Below, in pieces: positions 9,355 to 18,952 of a stretch of DNA of 38,800 nucleotides. The position numbers and the translations under genes were made by a program. Positions within the stretch are counted from its first letter, which is position 1, and every line of letters starts with the position of its first letter. The DNA lies in sequence record SRR22947727_5142; one strand, written 5' to 3'. The notes below the pieces were generated by a model, which worked only from the letters and a program-made list of their open reading frames with translations, made no database searches and was not told where the DNA came from.

Positions 9355-9990
9355 CTAGGGGGACCAAGACAAGAAATTGGCGATCATCTGCAGGCCAGCG
9401 ATAGAACTTTTTTCAGGATGAAATTGTGTGCCAACCATTGTGTCTCGGCCCACAATTGCCGAAATCGGCTGCCCATAATCTACGCAGGCAATGCGTTGAG
9501 AGGGTGCATTAAGCTCCATGTGATAGGAATGCACAAAATAAGCATGGCTTCCATCGGGCACGTTGCGCAAAAGCGGGTGCGGTTGATCGAAGCTTAAATT
9601 ATTCCAGCCCATATGTGGAACTTTAAGCGCAGGCTCGTTCGGCTTGATCTTGTGAATTTCCCCATCAATCCAACCCAGACCACTGGTGGCTTCATATTCA
9701 AACCCTTTTTGGGCCATCATCTGCATGCCGACGCAAATGCCAAAAAATGGACGTCCGCGCTCGAGCACAGCTTCGATCATTGTCTCAAAAACGTCAGATT
9801 CTGTCAGCGCTTTGCGGCATGCCGGAAACGCGCCATCGCCAGGAAGCACCAAACGATCGGCTTTGGCAACCAATGCAGGATCAGCGCTCACGCGCACCTC
9901 TCCTGCATTGGTTTCTTGGGCCATACGTTCAAAGGCCTTGCTAGCAGAGTGCAGGTTTCCGCTATCGTAATCGATTATAACGGTCAGCAT
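9355..9990 (-). CDS. hisH: Imidazole glycerol phosphate synthase glutamine amidotransferase subunit
   Basis: DYDSGNL, GICVGMQ, PHMGWN, YFVHSY and QFHPEKS. Confidence 0.97.
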   Translation of the reverse strand: MLTVIIDYDSGNLHSASKAFERMAQETNAGEVRVSADPALVAKADRLVLPGDGAFPACRKALTESDVFETMIEAVLERGRPFFGICVGMQMMAQKGFEYEATSGLGWIDGEIHKIKPNEPALKVPHMGWNNLSFDQPHPLLRNVPDGSHAYFVHSYHMELNAPSQRIACVDYGQPISAIVGRDTMVGTQFHPEKSSIAGLQMIANFLSWSP

Positions 9991-9996
9991 GATGTT

Positions 9997-10584
9997 TTAC
10001 AGACTGCCTTTGGTCGATGGCAATTTACCTTGCATCCGCGGGTCATGTTCAACGGCTGTTCGCAACGCCTTGGCCACCGATTTAAAAACCGCTTCTGCAA
10101 TATGGTGACTGTTGAAGCCATGGATCTGATCAATATGCAGCGTCATCCCAGCATGCGTGGAAAACGCCTGAAAAAATTCGCGCAATAATTCGCTGTCAAA
10201 GGCGCCGATTTTTGCGCTTGGCAGCACTACGTTCCAAATCAAAAAAGGCCGTGCAGATAAATCTAATGCACAGCGAATTTGTGCATCATCCATCGGCAAT
10301 AAACAGCTTCCATAACGATTGATACCGCGTTTATCCCCCAAAGCTTGGCTGAGCGCTTGGCCCAAAGCAATACCAGTATCCTCAACGGTGTGATGGTCAT
10401 CAATATGGGTATCGCCTTCGCAGCGGATACGCAGATCGATCAAGGAGTGGCGCGACAGCTGATCGAGCATGTGATCAAAAAAGCCAACACCTGTTTGATT
10501 GTCATATAGACCAGTGCCATCCAGATCCAGCGTGACTTCTATTTTTGTTTCAGCCGTGTTGCGGCTCACGGTTGCGTTGCGCAT
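9997..10584 (-). CDS. hisB: Imidazoleglycerol-phosphate dehydratase
   Basis: [15 protein letters not shown] and [10 protein letters not shown] at 10584 (MRNATV) has an AGAAGGA RBS upstream. Confidence 0.97.
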   Translation of the reverse strand: MRNATVSRNTAETKIEVTLDLDGTGLYDNQTGVGFFDHMLDQLSRHSLIDLRIRCEGDTHIDDHHTVEDTGIALGQALSQALGDKRGINRYGSCLLPMDDAQIRCALDLSARPFLIWNVVLPSAKIGAFDSELLREFFQAFSTHAGMTLHIDQIHGFNSHHIAEAVFKSVAKALRTAVEHDPRMQGKLPSTKGSL

Positions 10585-11217
10585 GAAATTCCGTCCTTCT
10601 CTTTGCACCACCTTATAGAGCGCTCTTGATGTCGCGCCAACCCCCATGAGCGCGGGCGCTGAAGAAGGCTGTTAGAGGTTCCATCCAAGGCCAAATGTTA
10701 GAGAGATCCTGCGCGTTGTTTTGGGCGCCCACACCCGCGAGCTGCGGCAAGGGTGGCAGCAGGTATAGGCTGTCATCGGTGGCGCGCTGTCGCGGTGATC
10801 CGGCGCGGTAGAAATAGCTTTTTCGTGTTATCAGTCGTAGATCTTCCGCGATTGTGTTGGCACAAAACCTCCGAGGGGTAAGGTCAAAAACTATGGCTTT
10901 TGATGGCGTGCATTTTAACGCCCTAGAATCTGGGGTAAAATTCCTTGCTGCTTACTTAGGTGATGCGCCAAAGCTTTCTTTTCGACGGGTTCAGTGCAGA
11001 GAAAGTAAAAGGTTGCAGGGCCAATGCGCGCAGTTGGGCCTTTGTATAGCCGTGCGCCACAGCGCTCTATGTCAGAGTGGCGGTAATTTGAACCGCTTCT
11101 TAACTGCGCCAAGAAGATTAAATTTTCCATTGATAGTGTAAAGCCGGTTCTGATGGTAGATTTGCCGTGTGAAAGAGCTAGATATCAACTTCATTGACGT
11201 GGTGAAAGGTTTGTAAG

Positions 11218-12360
11218 ATTATAAAAGAAAACGACATAATAACAGAAGCCTGCAGGCCGTATTTAATTTCATCTTCGATCTACCGCTATTCGAGTTACGG
11301 CGGCAGTCATCCGCTGGCTATTCCGCGTGTTGCAGCGGCTTTCGATCTTATCTCTTCGTTGAACATGCGCAGTTTGGATCGCTACTGCACGGCGCCCCAG
11401 GCAAAGCCTGCGCTTTTGAAAACCTTCCACGCGCCAGAGTATATTGCGGCGCTTAAAAGGGCTGAAGATACGCAAAAAATATCAGAGCATGATCAGAAGA
11501 GATACCAATTGGGCACTGTCTCAAACCCGGTTTTTAAGGGTATGTTTGCACGGCCGGCCACGTCTGTTGGAAGTTCGTTATTGGCTGCTGAACTGGTTGC
11601 AAATGGTGGCGTTGCTTATGCGATGGGCGGCGGTTTACACCACGGGTTGACCGATCGCGCGAATGGCTTTTGCTTTTTGAATGATTTGGTATTTGCAATC
11701 TTACGGCTGCGCAGCCTTGGCGTAGAACGTATTGCTTATGTTGATTTGGATGCACATCATTGCGATGGGGTTCAGGCCGCGTTTTCGGGGGATCGTGACC
11801 TTCTAATGATCTCAACCCATGAGGCGAAAAGATGGCCTTTTACAGGGGGTCTCTCTGAAAATATAATTGATCAGCAGATGAATATACCCCTGTTAAGGAA
11901 TTGTAATAATGAAGAATTTAATCTTTTCATGGAAGATTGTGTTTTTCCTGCATTGGCCCGCTTTGCCCCCGAAGCGATAATAATCCAAGGTGGGGCTGAT
12001 GCTGTTTGCGATGACCCTCTGTCGCGGTTGGGGCTGTCAAATTACACGCTGTGGAACGCGGTAAAACGGCTAAAAGAAATGTGCGACAAAATCATTCTGA
12101 CGGGCGGCGGCGGATATAACCCATGGACGGTGGCGCGCTTATGGGCTGGGTTTTGGCTGGTTCTCAACGATCGCTCGCCTTTTATCGAGCTTCCGAGCGG
12201 CGCGCAGCGCGGTCTTGAAAGCCTGTCTTGGCAGCGCAAACTGCGCCCCAGCCATGATTTAATCACTCAACTTTACGATACTCCACCCGAAAAGGCGCAA
12301 ATTATACGGCCGGAAACCGCTGCTTTGGCAAAACATATTCGCAATCTTCACGCGCTTTGA
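11218..12360 (+). CDS. AcuC-like / histone deacetylase family Zn-dependent deacylase (start codon uncertain, apparently non-canonical)
   Basis: GGGLHH, GFC, DLDAHHCDG, GADAVCDDPL and GGGGY. The conserved N-terminal YRYSSYGGSHPLAIPRV is in frame upstream of the called TTG at 11359; an in-frame stop lies at 11203-11205. Confidence 0.85.
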   Translation: MIKENDIITEACRPYLISSSIYRYSSYGGSHPLAIPRVAAAFDLISSLNMRSLDRYCTAPQAKPALLKTFHAPEYIAALKRAEDTQKISEHDQKRYQLGTVSNPVFKGMFARPATSVGSSLLAAELVANGGVAYAMGGGLHHGLTDRANGFCFLNDLVFAILRLRSLGVERIAYVDLDAHHCDGVQAAFSGDRDLLMISTHEAKRWPFTGGLSENIIDQQMNIPLLRNCNNEEFNLFMEDCVFPALARFAPEAIIIQGGADAVCDDPLSRLGLSNYTLWNAVKRLKEMCDKIILTGGGGYNPWTVARLWAGFWLVLNDRSPFIELPSGAQRGLESLSWQRKLRPSHDLITQLYDTPPEKAQIIRPETAALAKHIRNLHAL

Positions 12361-12523
12361 AAAACACATACGCCCGGCCTTTGGCGCTGCATCATAGCAT
12401 TTTTTATTGGTTTGGCCCGTTTCTGACGCGATTACAGAGAATAAACAGCCTTCTGCGCGGGGCGCACCTTTCTTTATGGCGCTGCCCCGCTATGTCCAGC
12501 TTCATGAATACCCAGTTTGATAA

Positions 12524-13897
12524 ATGTGTAAGAGGCGCGTTGATGCCTGCTCAGAGCCGGATTTTTTGGCTGTGAGCGGGCGTGCTGTAAAGGTTCCAAG
12601 TGGCCGCGCGGCGCGCCTTGCTCATCTTGGTGGCCTTTCCTTGGGTATGATGGGCAATGTTGCTGGCCAAGGTTTGAAAGAGCTGGGTTCTGGCCGGCGG
12701 CCGGCGCTTCCACAGCTTTTAATGAGCCCTCAAAATATAAGCCTTTTGGCGCGTAAACTGGCAAAAATGCGCGGTGCGGCGATGAAACTGGGCCAGCTAC
12801 TTTCAATGGATAGCGGCGATTTTCTGCCATCGGAGCTGGCAATGATTTTGCAGCGTTTGCGGGCTGAGGCGGATTTCATGCCCCCGAAGCAATTGCGAGA
12901 TGTGCTGAACCAAGAATGGGGAATGGGCTGGATGGGGCGATTTTCCCGCTTTGATGTGCGCCCGATGGCGGCCGCCTCGATCGGGCAGGTCCATTATGCC
13001 GTGACCAAGGCGGGCGAGGCCTTGGCCATAAAAGTTCAATATCCAGGCGTGCGCAACAGCATTGATAGCGATATTGAAAACGTATCCGCCCTAATCGCAT
13101 GGTCGGGGCTGTTGCCCCCCGGCCTCGATCTGGGCCCGTTTCTGACCTTGGCGAAAGAACAGCTGCACGAAGAAACCGATTACGCGCGCGAGGCCAAGCA
13201 GCTGTTATGCTTTGGCGACCTTTTAAGCGGGGATACCCGCTTTGCAGTGCCGCAAGTGCACGCGGATTTAAGCACCGAAAATATATTGGCGATGGAGTTT
13301 ATGCCGGGTCAGCCGATTGAAGATTTGCTTCAATTTCCAACAGAGAATCGACGTGCTGTCATGGAGGCTTTGATCGATCTGAGCTTAAAAGAACTGTTTG
13401 ATTTCAAGCTTATGCAGACAGACCCTAATTTCGCGAACTTCCTCTATGATGCAAAATCAAAACGGGTGGTTTTGTTGGATTTTGGCGCAACGCGCCCGGT
13501 GAATGCGGCGCTAAGTGCAGCCTACGCCCGCTATTTGAACGCAGGTTTGGCAGGGCAAGAAACTTCTATGTGCAGTGCTGCGTTGACGTTAGGGTTCTTA
13601 AATGAAGCCATGCCGCAGAGCATGCAGGATGAGTTTGTCGAGATGATGCATCTTGCCTTTGCAGAGCTGGCAAAGGATAAGATTTTTCAATTTGGCCAAA
13701 ATGAACTGGCGCATGATTTGCAACAACGCGGTTTGCAAATGGCCGAGCGCTCGCGCGAGATGCATTTGCCGCCGCCTGAGACTTTGTATATCCAGCGTAA
13801 AATGGCGGGCCTTTATTTATTAGGGCGTCGACTTAAGGCAGAAGTTGATTTGCAAAATTTGCTGAAACCTTACTTGCATGATTGCGATCAGGGCTAG
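12524..13897 (+). CDS. AarF/ABC1/UbiB (COQ8-like) atypical kinase
   Basis: MKLGQ (KxGQ), AAASIGQVH, IKVQYPG, QTDPNFANF and LDFG. The true start may be GTG at 12572. Confidence 0.92.
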   Translation: MCKRRVDACSEPDFLAVSGRAVKVPSGRAARLAHLGGLSLGMMGNVAGQGLKELGSGRRPALPQLLMSPQNISLLARKLAKMRGAAMKLGQLLSMDSGDFLPSELAMILQRLRAEADFMPPKQLRDVLNQEWGMGWMGRFSRFDVRPMAAASIGQVHYAVTKAGEALAIKVQYPGVRNSIDSDIENVSALIAWSGLLPPGLDLGPFLTLAKEQLHEETDYAREAKQLLCFGDLLSGDTRFAVPQVHADLSTENILAMEFMPGQPIEDLLQFPTENRRAVMEALIDLSLKELFDFKLMQTDPNFANFLYDAKSKRVVLLDFGATRPVNAALSAAYARYLNAGLAGQETSMCSAALTLGFLNEAMPQSMQDEFVEMMHLAFAELAKDKIFQFGQNELAHDLQQRGLQMAERSREMHLPPPETLYIQRKMAGLYLLGRRLKAEVDLQNLLKPYLHDCDQG

Positions 13898-13957
13898 CCG
13901 GAAAGGCGGATTGTAATCTTGCTTAAGCGGGTAAAAGGGCGGATGCATTTGCCCAGA

Positions 13958-14692
13958 TTACCATGTTTCGGAAAATGGTCTCAGATCGAACTCATGGCTC
14001 CAGCCATCTTTGCTTTGATGGTATAAGCTCCAATACGCCTCCGCCACAGAGCTTGGCTTCATCAGACTGTCTTCGGGCAGTCTATCTGGATCTTTGCCCT
14101 GCGCCCGAAATCGCTCACGGATAAATCCAGTGTCAACGGCGGCATCAATAATCAGATGGGAAACGTGAATATTTTGCGGGCCCAATTCACGGGCCATGCT
14201 TTGCGCCAGCATACGCAACCCCGCTTTCCCGGCCGCAAATGCACTATAGCCTGATTTTCCCCTCAAACTGGCAGAAGCGCCCGTGAAAAATACTTTACCC
14301 CTGCCGCGTGGAACCATATATCGCGCAGCTTCGCGGCCCGTTAAAAATCCTGCGAAACAGGCCATTTCCCAAACCTTTTGAAAAACCCGCGTGGTCGTTT
14401 CCAGAATTGGAAAATGAACATTTCCACCCACATTGAAGATAACCAGATCAAGGGCCCCGATATCGCGTTCGATGGTTTTAAAAAGATCTGCGGTTTGGTC
14501 CTCATCGCGGGCATCCATAGAAAACTTATATGCGACCCCGCCAGAGGCGGAAATCTCATCGACTAGGTCTGTCAGTTTATCGCCATTGCGACGCGCCAAA
14601 CAAACCACAAACCCGCCTTGTGCGAAACGCCGGGCGATGGCGGCGCCAATATAATCGCCCGCGCCCACGATTAGCACAATCGGCGCCGTCAT
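13958..14692 (-). CDS. Short-chain dehydrogenase/reductase (atypical, FxxxK in place of YxxxK)
   Basis: VGAGDYIG Rossmann motif, FNVGGN, FTGASASLRG and AFAAGKAGLR. Confidence 0.88.
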   Translation of the reverse strand: MTAPIVLIVGAGDYIGAAIARRFAQGGFVVCLARRNGDKLTDLVDEISASGGVAYKFSMDARDEDQTADLFKTIERDIGALDLVIFNVGGNVHFPILETTTRVFQKVWEMACFAGFLTGREAARYMVPRGRGKVFFTGASASLRGKSGYSAFAAGKAGLRMLAQSMARELGPQNIHVSHLIIDAAVDTGFIRERFRAQGKDPDRLPEDSLMKPSSVAEAYWSLYHQSKDGWSHEFDLRPFSETW

Positions 14693-15297
14693 AAGGATGA
14701 CGCCGTCTGAAAGGCTGGGCGTTGGCTCAGATGTTCGCCATAGTGCAGGAGGTTTGGTTTGTCACTGAAATCCGCGCCAAGGCGTTTTGCCATAATCACC
14801 GCATGACCGGTCATGAAATCAGCCGCTAATAAGTGCTCGCCAAGCAGAAACGTTTTCCCTTCAAGCTGTTGCTCCACGCTTGTCAGCATCTGCCCCAGAA
14901 GTTTCGTAGCGCGTTTCACATTCACTTCGTTGCGCCGCTCTGGCGGCAATAGAATCGTTTCGACCACGATGGTGTTCATCGGCGGCATGATCATGCCTTC
15001 GGCGTAATGAAACCACTGTAAATTCACTGCAAACGCAGCCGAGTTTATATCTGGGATAAATCTTCCAGCGCCGTATTTGGCGAGTAAATATTGTAAAATC
15101 GCGCCGCTCTCATAAAGCGTGATATCGCCATCGACAAGCGTGGGCACGCGGCCCATCGGGTGCAAAGCCCGATAGGTGTCAGAGCGCATATCGGAGCTTC
15201 CAAGCTCAAAACTCTCAATCTCATAGCTGAGGCCAAGCTCCTCAAGCAACCAAGCCACGCGAACGGCGCGGCTGTTGCGGGCATAATATAGCTTCAT
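14689..15297 (-). CDS. Glutathione S-transferase family protein
   Basis: SRAVRVAWLLEELG, HPMGRVPTL and LYESGAI. ATGA-type overlap with the downstream SDR. Confidence 0.93.
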   Translation of the reverse strand: MKLYYARNSRAVRVAWLLEELGLSYEIESFELGSSDMRSDTYRALHPMGRVPTLVDGDITLYESGAILQYLLAKYGAGRFIPDINSAAFAVNLQWFHYAEGMIMPPMNTIVVETILLPPERRNEVNVKRATKLLGQMLTSVEQQLEGKTFLLGEHLLAADFMTGHAVIMAKRLGADFSDKPNLLHYGEHLSQRPAFQTASSL

Positions 15298-15347
15298 TCG
15301 TTTTTCCCAATGCGACTAAAATAGTTTCAAAGAGTGACTTTGCAGGA

Positions 15348-15377
15348 AACGTAGCGTTACGATTTGATCTCTGTCAA
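15348..15377 (-). promoter_or_regulatory. Putative sigma70 promoter for the GST-SDR operon
   Basis: Minus-strand TTGACA (15377-15372) and CTACGTT-like -10 about 17-18 nt downstream, roughly 50 nt before the GST start. Confidence 0.4.
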
Positions 15378-15429
15378 CTAAAGGATAAGCTAGCGTTAAA
15401 TTGGGGTGCATAAAAAAGGGCGAGGCGCT

Positions 15430-16185
15430 ATGATAACGCAAAATTGGCTGATCCGGGAAGATGATATGAGTGGGGTGACTCGCATCACATTATCATCCCC
15501 GCCGGTGAATGCCTTAACGGTTGATAATTTAGCGCTTCTCACCAATTTGGTGGCTGTCTTAGAGACGGATAGCGCGGTGCGGGCGGTTGTACTTGCCAGC
15601 GCATTACCCGTTTTTTCAGCAGGTCTAAACCTCAAAGATGCGGTGCATTTTGATCTTCAGGCGCAAACCGCTGTGGTTGATGGGATGGACCAAGCTTTTG
15701 GCGCTTTGTTTTCGTTTCGCAAGCCCTTGATTGCGGCGGTTTCAGGCGCGGCCATTGCAGGGGGGCTTTTTCCTGTTTTATGCGCAGATTATCGAATTGC
15801 CACCGCCAAGGCTAAGTTTGGATTGGCTGAGGTGAAGGTGGGCGTGGCCATGCCTTTTTGCCCGATGGAGATCGCGCGCGCAGCACTTAGTCCAAATGAT
15901 CTGCGCCGCTTGATGCAGCGAGGAGCGGCTATTTCAGCGGATAAAGCGTTAGGATCAGGCCTGATTGATGAGCTTGTCGAGCCAAGCGAGCTTTTAAGCC
16001 ATGCTCACAGTGTGGCGGCGGAATATGCTCAATTGCCGCCGCAAACCTATGCTGAGATTAAAATGCAGGTGAGAGCTGAAGCGATTGAACGCATTGAAAA
16101 AAATAGAGCACACCGGCAGGCCACGCCCGCTTTGCCTTGGTTTAGCCCCGAAACGCGGCCTGCAATGCGCAAGTTGATCGGGTGA
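15430..16185 (+). CDS. Crotonase family protein, probably an enoyl-CoA isomerase (single catalytic Glu)
   Basis: PPVNAL, FSAGLNL, GAAIAGGLFP (first Glu absent) and FGLAEVKVG. ATG at 15430 follows GAGG. Confidence 0.85.
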   Translation: MITQNWLIREDDMSGVTRITLSSPPVNALTVDNLALLTNLVAVLETDSAVRAVVLASALPVFSAGLNLKDAVHFDLQAQTAVVDGMDQAFGALFSFRKPLIAAVSGAAIAGGLFPVLCADYRIATAKAKFGLAEVKVGVAMPFCPMEIARAALSPNDLRRLMQRGAAISADKALGSGLIDELVEPSELLSHAHSVAAEYAQLPPQTYAEIKMQVRAEAIERIEKNRAHRQATPALPWFSPETRPAMRKLIG

Positions 16186-16318
16186 GGTTTTCCCTGCGCG
16201 TCTTTTTTATTCCCTGGCATGGAAGTATTCCGATTTGACGCTTGCTGAGATCCCGCTGTGAAATACGTAATTTGGCAAGGGCGCTGCCTCAAACGTGCCG
16301 GTAAAGGAAACCGTTAAA

Positions 16319-17182
16319 ATGACAGATCCGGGCGATGATTTGATAAAAATGCTTGAATTAACGCCTGTGGGAACAGATGCGTTTCAAGGCGTTGGAACGG
16401 GTGGTGAAACCACAATGCGCATTTTTGGGGGCCATGTAATCGCGCAAGCGTTGAGAGCGGCCTATCTGACGTTAGAGGGGCGTCTATGCCATTCCTTAAA
16501 CGCCTATTTTATCCGAGCAGGAGATCCGGCTGTGCCGGTCATCTATCACGTTGAACGTACGCGAGATGGTGGCAGCTTCACAACGCGGCGTATCGTTGCA
16601 CGCCAGCAGGGTGAAGAAATTCTTACGATGAGCGCGTCGTTCCAGCATCAAGAAGCCGGCGTTGAGCATCAGCACCCCATGCCCGCATGCGTGGGCCCTC
16701 AGGTATTGGCGTCGCGCAGCACCTTGCGTCACGCCGAGGTGCACCGTTTGCCTGAAAAGCATCAGGAAGAGTTTCTACGCCCGCGGCCTGTTGAGGTTCG
16801 AGAGGTTCAACCGCGCGATTCTTTCACGCCTGACCCTTGCAGCGATAAGAACCAATTGTGGTTTCGGATGACGGCCGCGGCCAGACAAAGTGCAATAGTG
16901 CAGCAATGTTTACTGGCATATGCCTCGGATCTAAATCTTTTAGCATCCGGGCTACGCCCGCATGGCGTGACCTGGTTTCAACCCGGGGTTATGGTGGCCA
17001 GCCTTGATCACACAATTTGGTTCCATCGACCGGCGCAGTTTGAAACATGGCATTTATACGCAATGGACAGCCCTTTTGCAGGGGGGGGGCGGGCGTTTAA
17101 CCGGGGTTCAATTTATGCCGCTAACGGCAATTTGGTGGCCAGCGTGGCGCAGGAAGGTTTGGTGCGGCAACCGCGCCGGTGA
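16319..17182 (+). CDS. tesB: Acyl-CoA thioesterase II
   Basis: RIFGGHVIAQAL, RDGGSFTTRR, LAYASD, ASLDHTIWFH and SVAQEGL. ATG at 16319 follows AAAGGA. Confidence 0.92.
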   Translation: MTDPGDDLIKMLELTPVGTDAFQGVGTGGETTMRIFGGHVIAQALRAAYLTLEGRLCHSLNAYFIRAGDPAVPVIYHVERTRDGGSFTTRRIVARQQGEEILTMSASFQHQEAGVEHQHPMPACVGPQVLASRSTLRHAEVHRLPEKHQEEFLRPRPVEVREVQPRDSFTPDPCSDKNQLWFRMTAAARQSAIVQQCLLAYASDLNLLASGLRPHGVTWFQPGVMVASLDHTIWFHRPAQFETWHLYAMDSPFAGGGRAFNRGSIYAANGNLVASVAQEGLVRQPRR

Positions 17183-17267
17183 AGCGCATCATCGCCCATC
17201 TGTGGCAAGATCCGAAACCGGTGAATAGGTGGATCTCACCATGTTATGTTCACATTGCTAAGCTCAA

Positions 17268-18053
17268 TTATTTTTCTTCTGGTGATTTTGAGTTAGTATT
17301 TGCACTGTTCAATTTGCGCATACCTCCAATCCAACGGTCATAATCGGACGTTTTATTTCGCATATAAGTCAACACTTCTGGATGCGGTAAAATGAGAAAG
17401 CGTTCGTCTTTGAGCCCTTGTAGGCAGGCTTGCGCCACGTCACTTGGCTTTAAAATGCCATCAAGACTAGCGGCATGGCTGTCCAGCCCGGTAATCATAT
17501 CAGTTTGCACGGCTTGTGGGCATAGCACCGATAGTTTGATCCCTTGATCCCCATAGGTGAAGGCTAACCATTCGGCAAAACCGATCGCGGCATGTTTGCT
17601 CACCCCGTAAGGCGCAGACCCAATTTGGTTTAACAATCCAGCCGCCGAGGCGGTTTGCAGCAAATAGCCCCCGCCCCGCGCAATCATGCGGGGTACCAAA
17701 TGCCGCGCCACCCAAATATGCGACATGACATTGGTTTCCCAAACCCGCTGCCAGTCTTGATCTGAAGCGTCAAGCCCTGCCTGATTTAAAATTCCCGCAT
17801 TCGAGCAAAACAGATCAATCGGGCCTATTTCGGCTTCGCTTTGCGCGATAAGATTGATCAGATCGGCCTCTTTTGAAACATCGGCTTCTATGCTCACCCC
17901 ATCGATCAGATCTGCGGTTTCTTTGCTTTTGATTGCGTCAATATCGCTGCAAATAACCCTCTTCGCCCCCTGTTTGGCGAAGCAGATTGCAAGCGCTTTG
18001 CCGATCCCTGCGCCTGCGCCTGTGACCACAATAATTTTATTCTTGATATCCAC
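17268..18053 (-). CDS. Short-chain dehydrogenase/reductase
   Basis: TGAGAGIG, SNAGI, TASAAG and YGVSK (YxxxK); GTG start. Confidence 0.92.
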   Translation of the reverse strand: MDIKNKIIVVTGAGAGIGKALAICFAKQGAKRVICSDIDAIKSKETADLIDGVSIEADVSKEADLINLIAQSEAEIGPIDLFCSNAGILNQAGLDASDQDWQRVWETNVMSHIWVARHLVPRMIARGGGYLLQTASAAGLLNQIGSAPYGVSKHAAIGFAEWLAFTYGDQGIKLSVLCPQAVQTDMITGLDSHAASLDGILKPSDVAQACLQGLKDERFLILPHPEVLTYMRNKTSDYDRWIGGMRKLNSANTNSKSPEEK

Positions 18054-18119
18054 GTTTCATTATCTTTCGTTAGAGCAAGGGCAAAACGCAAAATGTCTTT
18101 TAAAAGAAATACTGATCGG

Positions 18120-18896
18120 TCATTTATTCACCCATTTTGGGGCGCGTTTTTCAACGAAAGCCTCAACGCCTTCGCGTAAATCTTCTGTTTGAAGAAGATC
18201 AGCCAGAACCTCGCGGCTAAATTCTAAGCTGGCAGGCAGGTTTTCGCGCTTGGCCAGATCGTTCAACACCCGCTTGGTGGCTTTCACCGCCGAGGGCGAA
18301 ACAGAGGCGATTTCCTGCGCTTTGTTCAATGCGGTGTCTAAAAGTTCTTTGTCTGATGTAACCGCATTCACAATGCCCATATTTAACGCTTCAGCCGCCG
18401 AAATACGGCGCCCTGTTAGCATCATTTCATGGGCAGCAACGCGCCCGATATAACGACTGAGGCGCTGTATGCCGCTGGCGGCAGCCATGAAGCCAACTTT
18501 TACCTCGGGCAGGGCGAATGTGGCTGTTTGCGCCGCGATGATAATATCGCAGGATAAGGCGGTTTCAAAGCCGCCACCCATTGCAAAGCCATTCACGGCT
18601 GCAATGACCGGTTTTTCCAAGTCAAACCTTTGGGTTAAGCCAGCAAAGCCGGTTCTGGGCATGCTGGCCGCGCCGCCCTTTGCCGTGGCTTTCAAATCAT
18701 TTCCCGCGCTAAAGGCTTTTTCGCCCGCGCCGGTTAAAACGGCGACCCAGAGATCGGGGTTTGCTGCAAACCCGTCCCACACGTCTGCCAATTCCGCATG
18801 CATGGGCGCATGCATCGCGTTGTAAACATCAGGTCGGTTGAGCGTGACCAAAAGGACTTTGCCATATGTGCTAAGGTTAACGAATTCATAGGACAT
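18120..18896 (-). CDS. Enoyl-CoA hydratase (CaiD-like crotonase)
   Basis: TLNRP, FSAGNDL, NGFAMGGGFE and FALPEVKVG (both catalytic Glu); AAGGAG RBS. Confidence 0.92.
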   Translation of the reverse strand: MSYEFVNLSTYGKVLLVTLNRPDVYNAMHAPMHAELADVWDGFAANPDLWVAVLTGAGEKAFSAGNDLKATAKGGAASMPRTGFAGLTQRFDLEKPVIAAVNGFAMGGGFETALSCDIIIAAQTATFALPEVKVGFMAAASGIQRLSRYIGRVAAHEMMLTGRRISAAEALNMGIVNAVTSDKELLDTALNKAQEIASVSPSAVKATKRVLNDLAKRENLPASLEFSREVLADLLQTEDLREGVEAFVEKRAPKWVNK

Positions 18897-18925
18897 TGCT
18901 GCTCCTTCACAAAAATAGCGTATAT

Positions 18926-18952
18926 CACAAGCCGATGTTTTGGCGGCTTGTG
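18926..18952. promoter_or_regulatory. 9-bp perfect inverted repeat upstream of the enoyl-CoA hydratase (operator or hairpin)
   Basis: CACAAGCCG-N9-CGGCTTGTG, 30 nt upstream of the ATG at 18896. Confidence 0.4.

Noticed and set aside
10585..10860. His attenuator leader peptide upstream of hisB
   Set aside because: No His-codon run or terminator/antiterminator pair was found.
11194..11220. Selenocysteine or stop readthrough from TTG 11194 through TGA 11203 as the deacetylase start
   Set aside because: The UGA is not at a conserved Cys position and no SECIS-like hairpin is evident; a non-canonical or mutated start is simpler.
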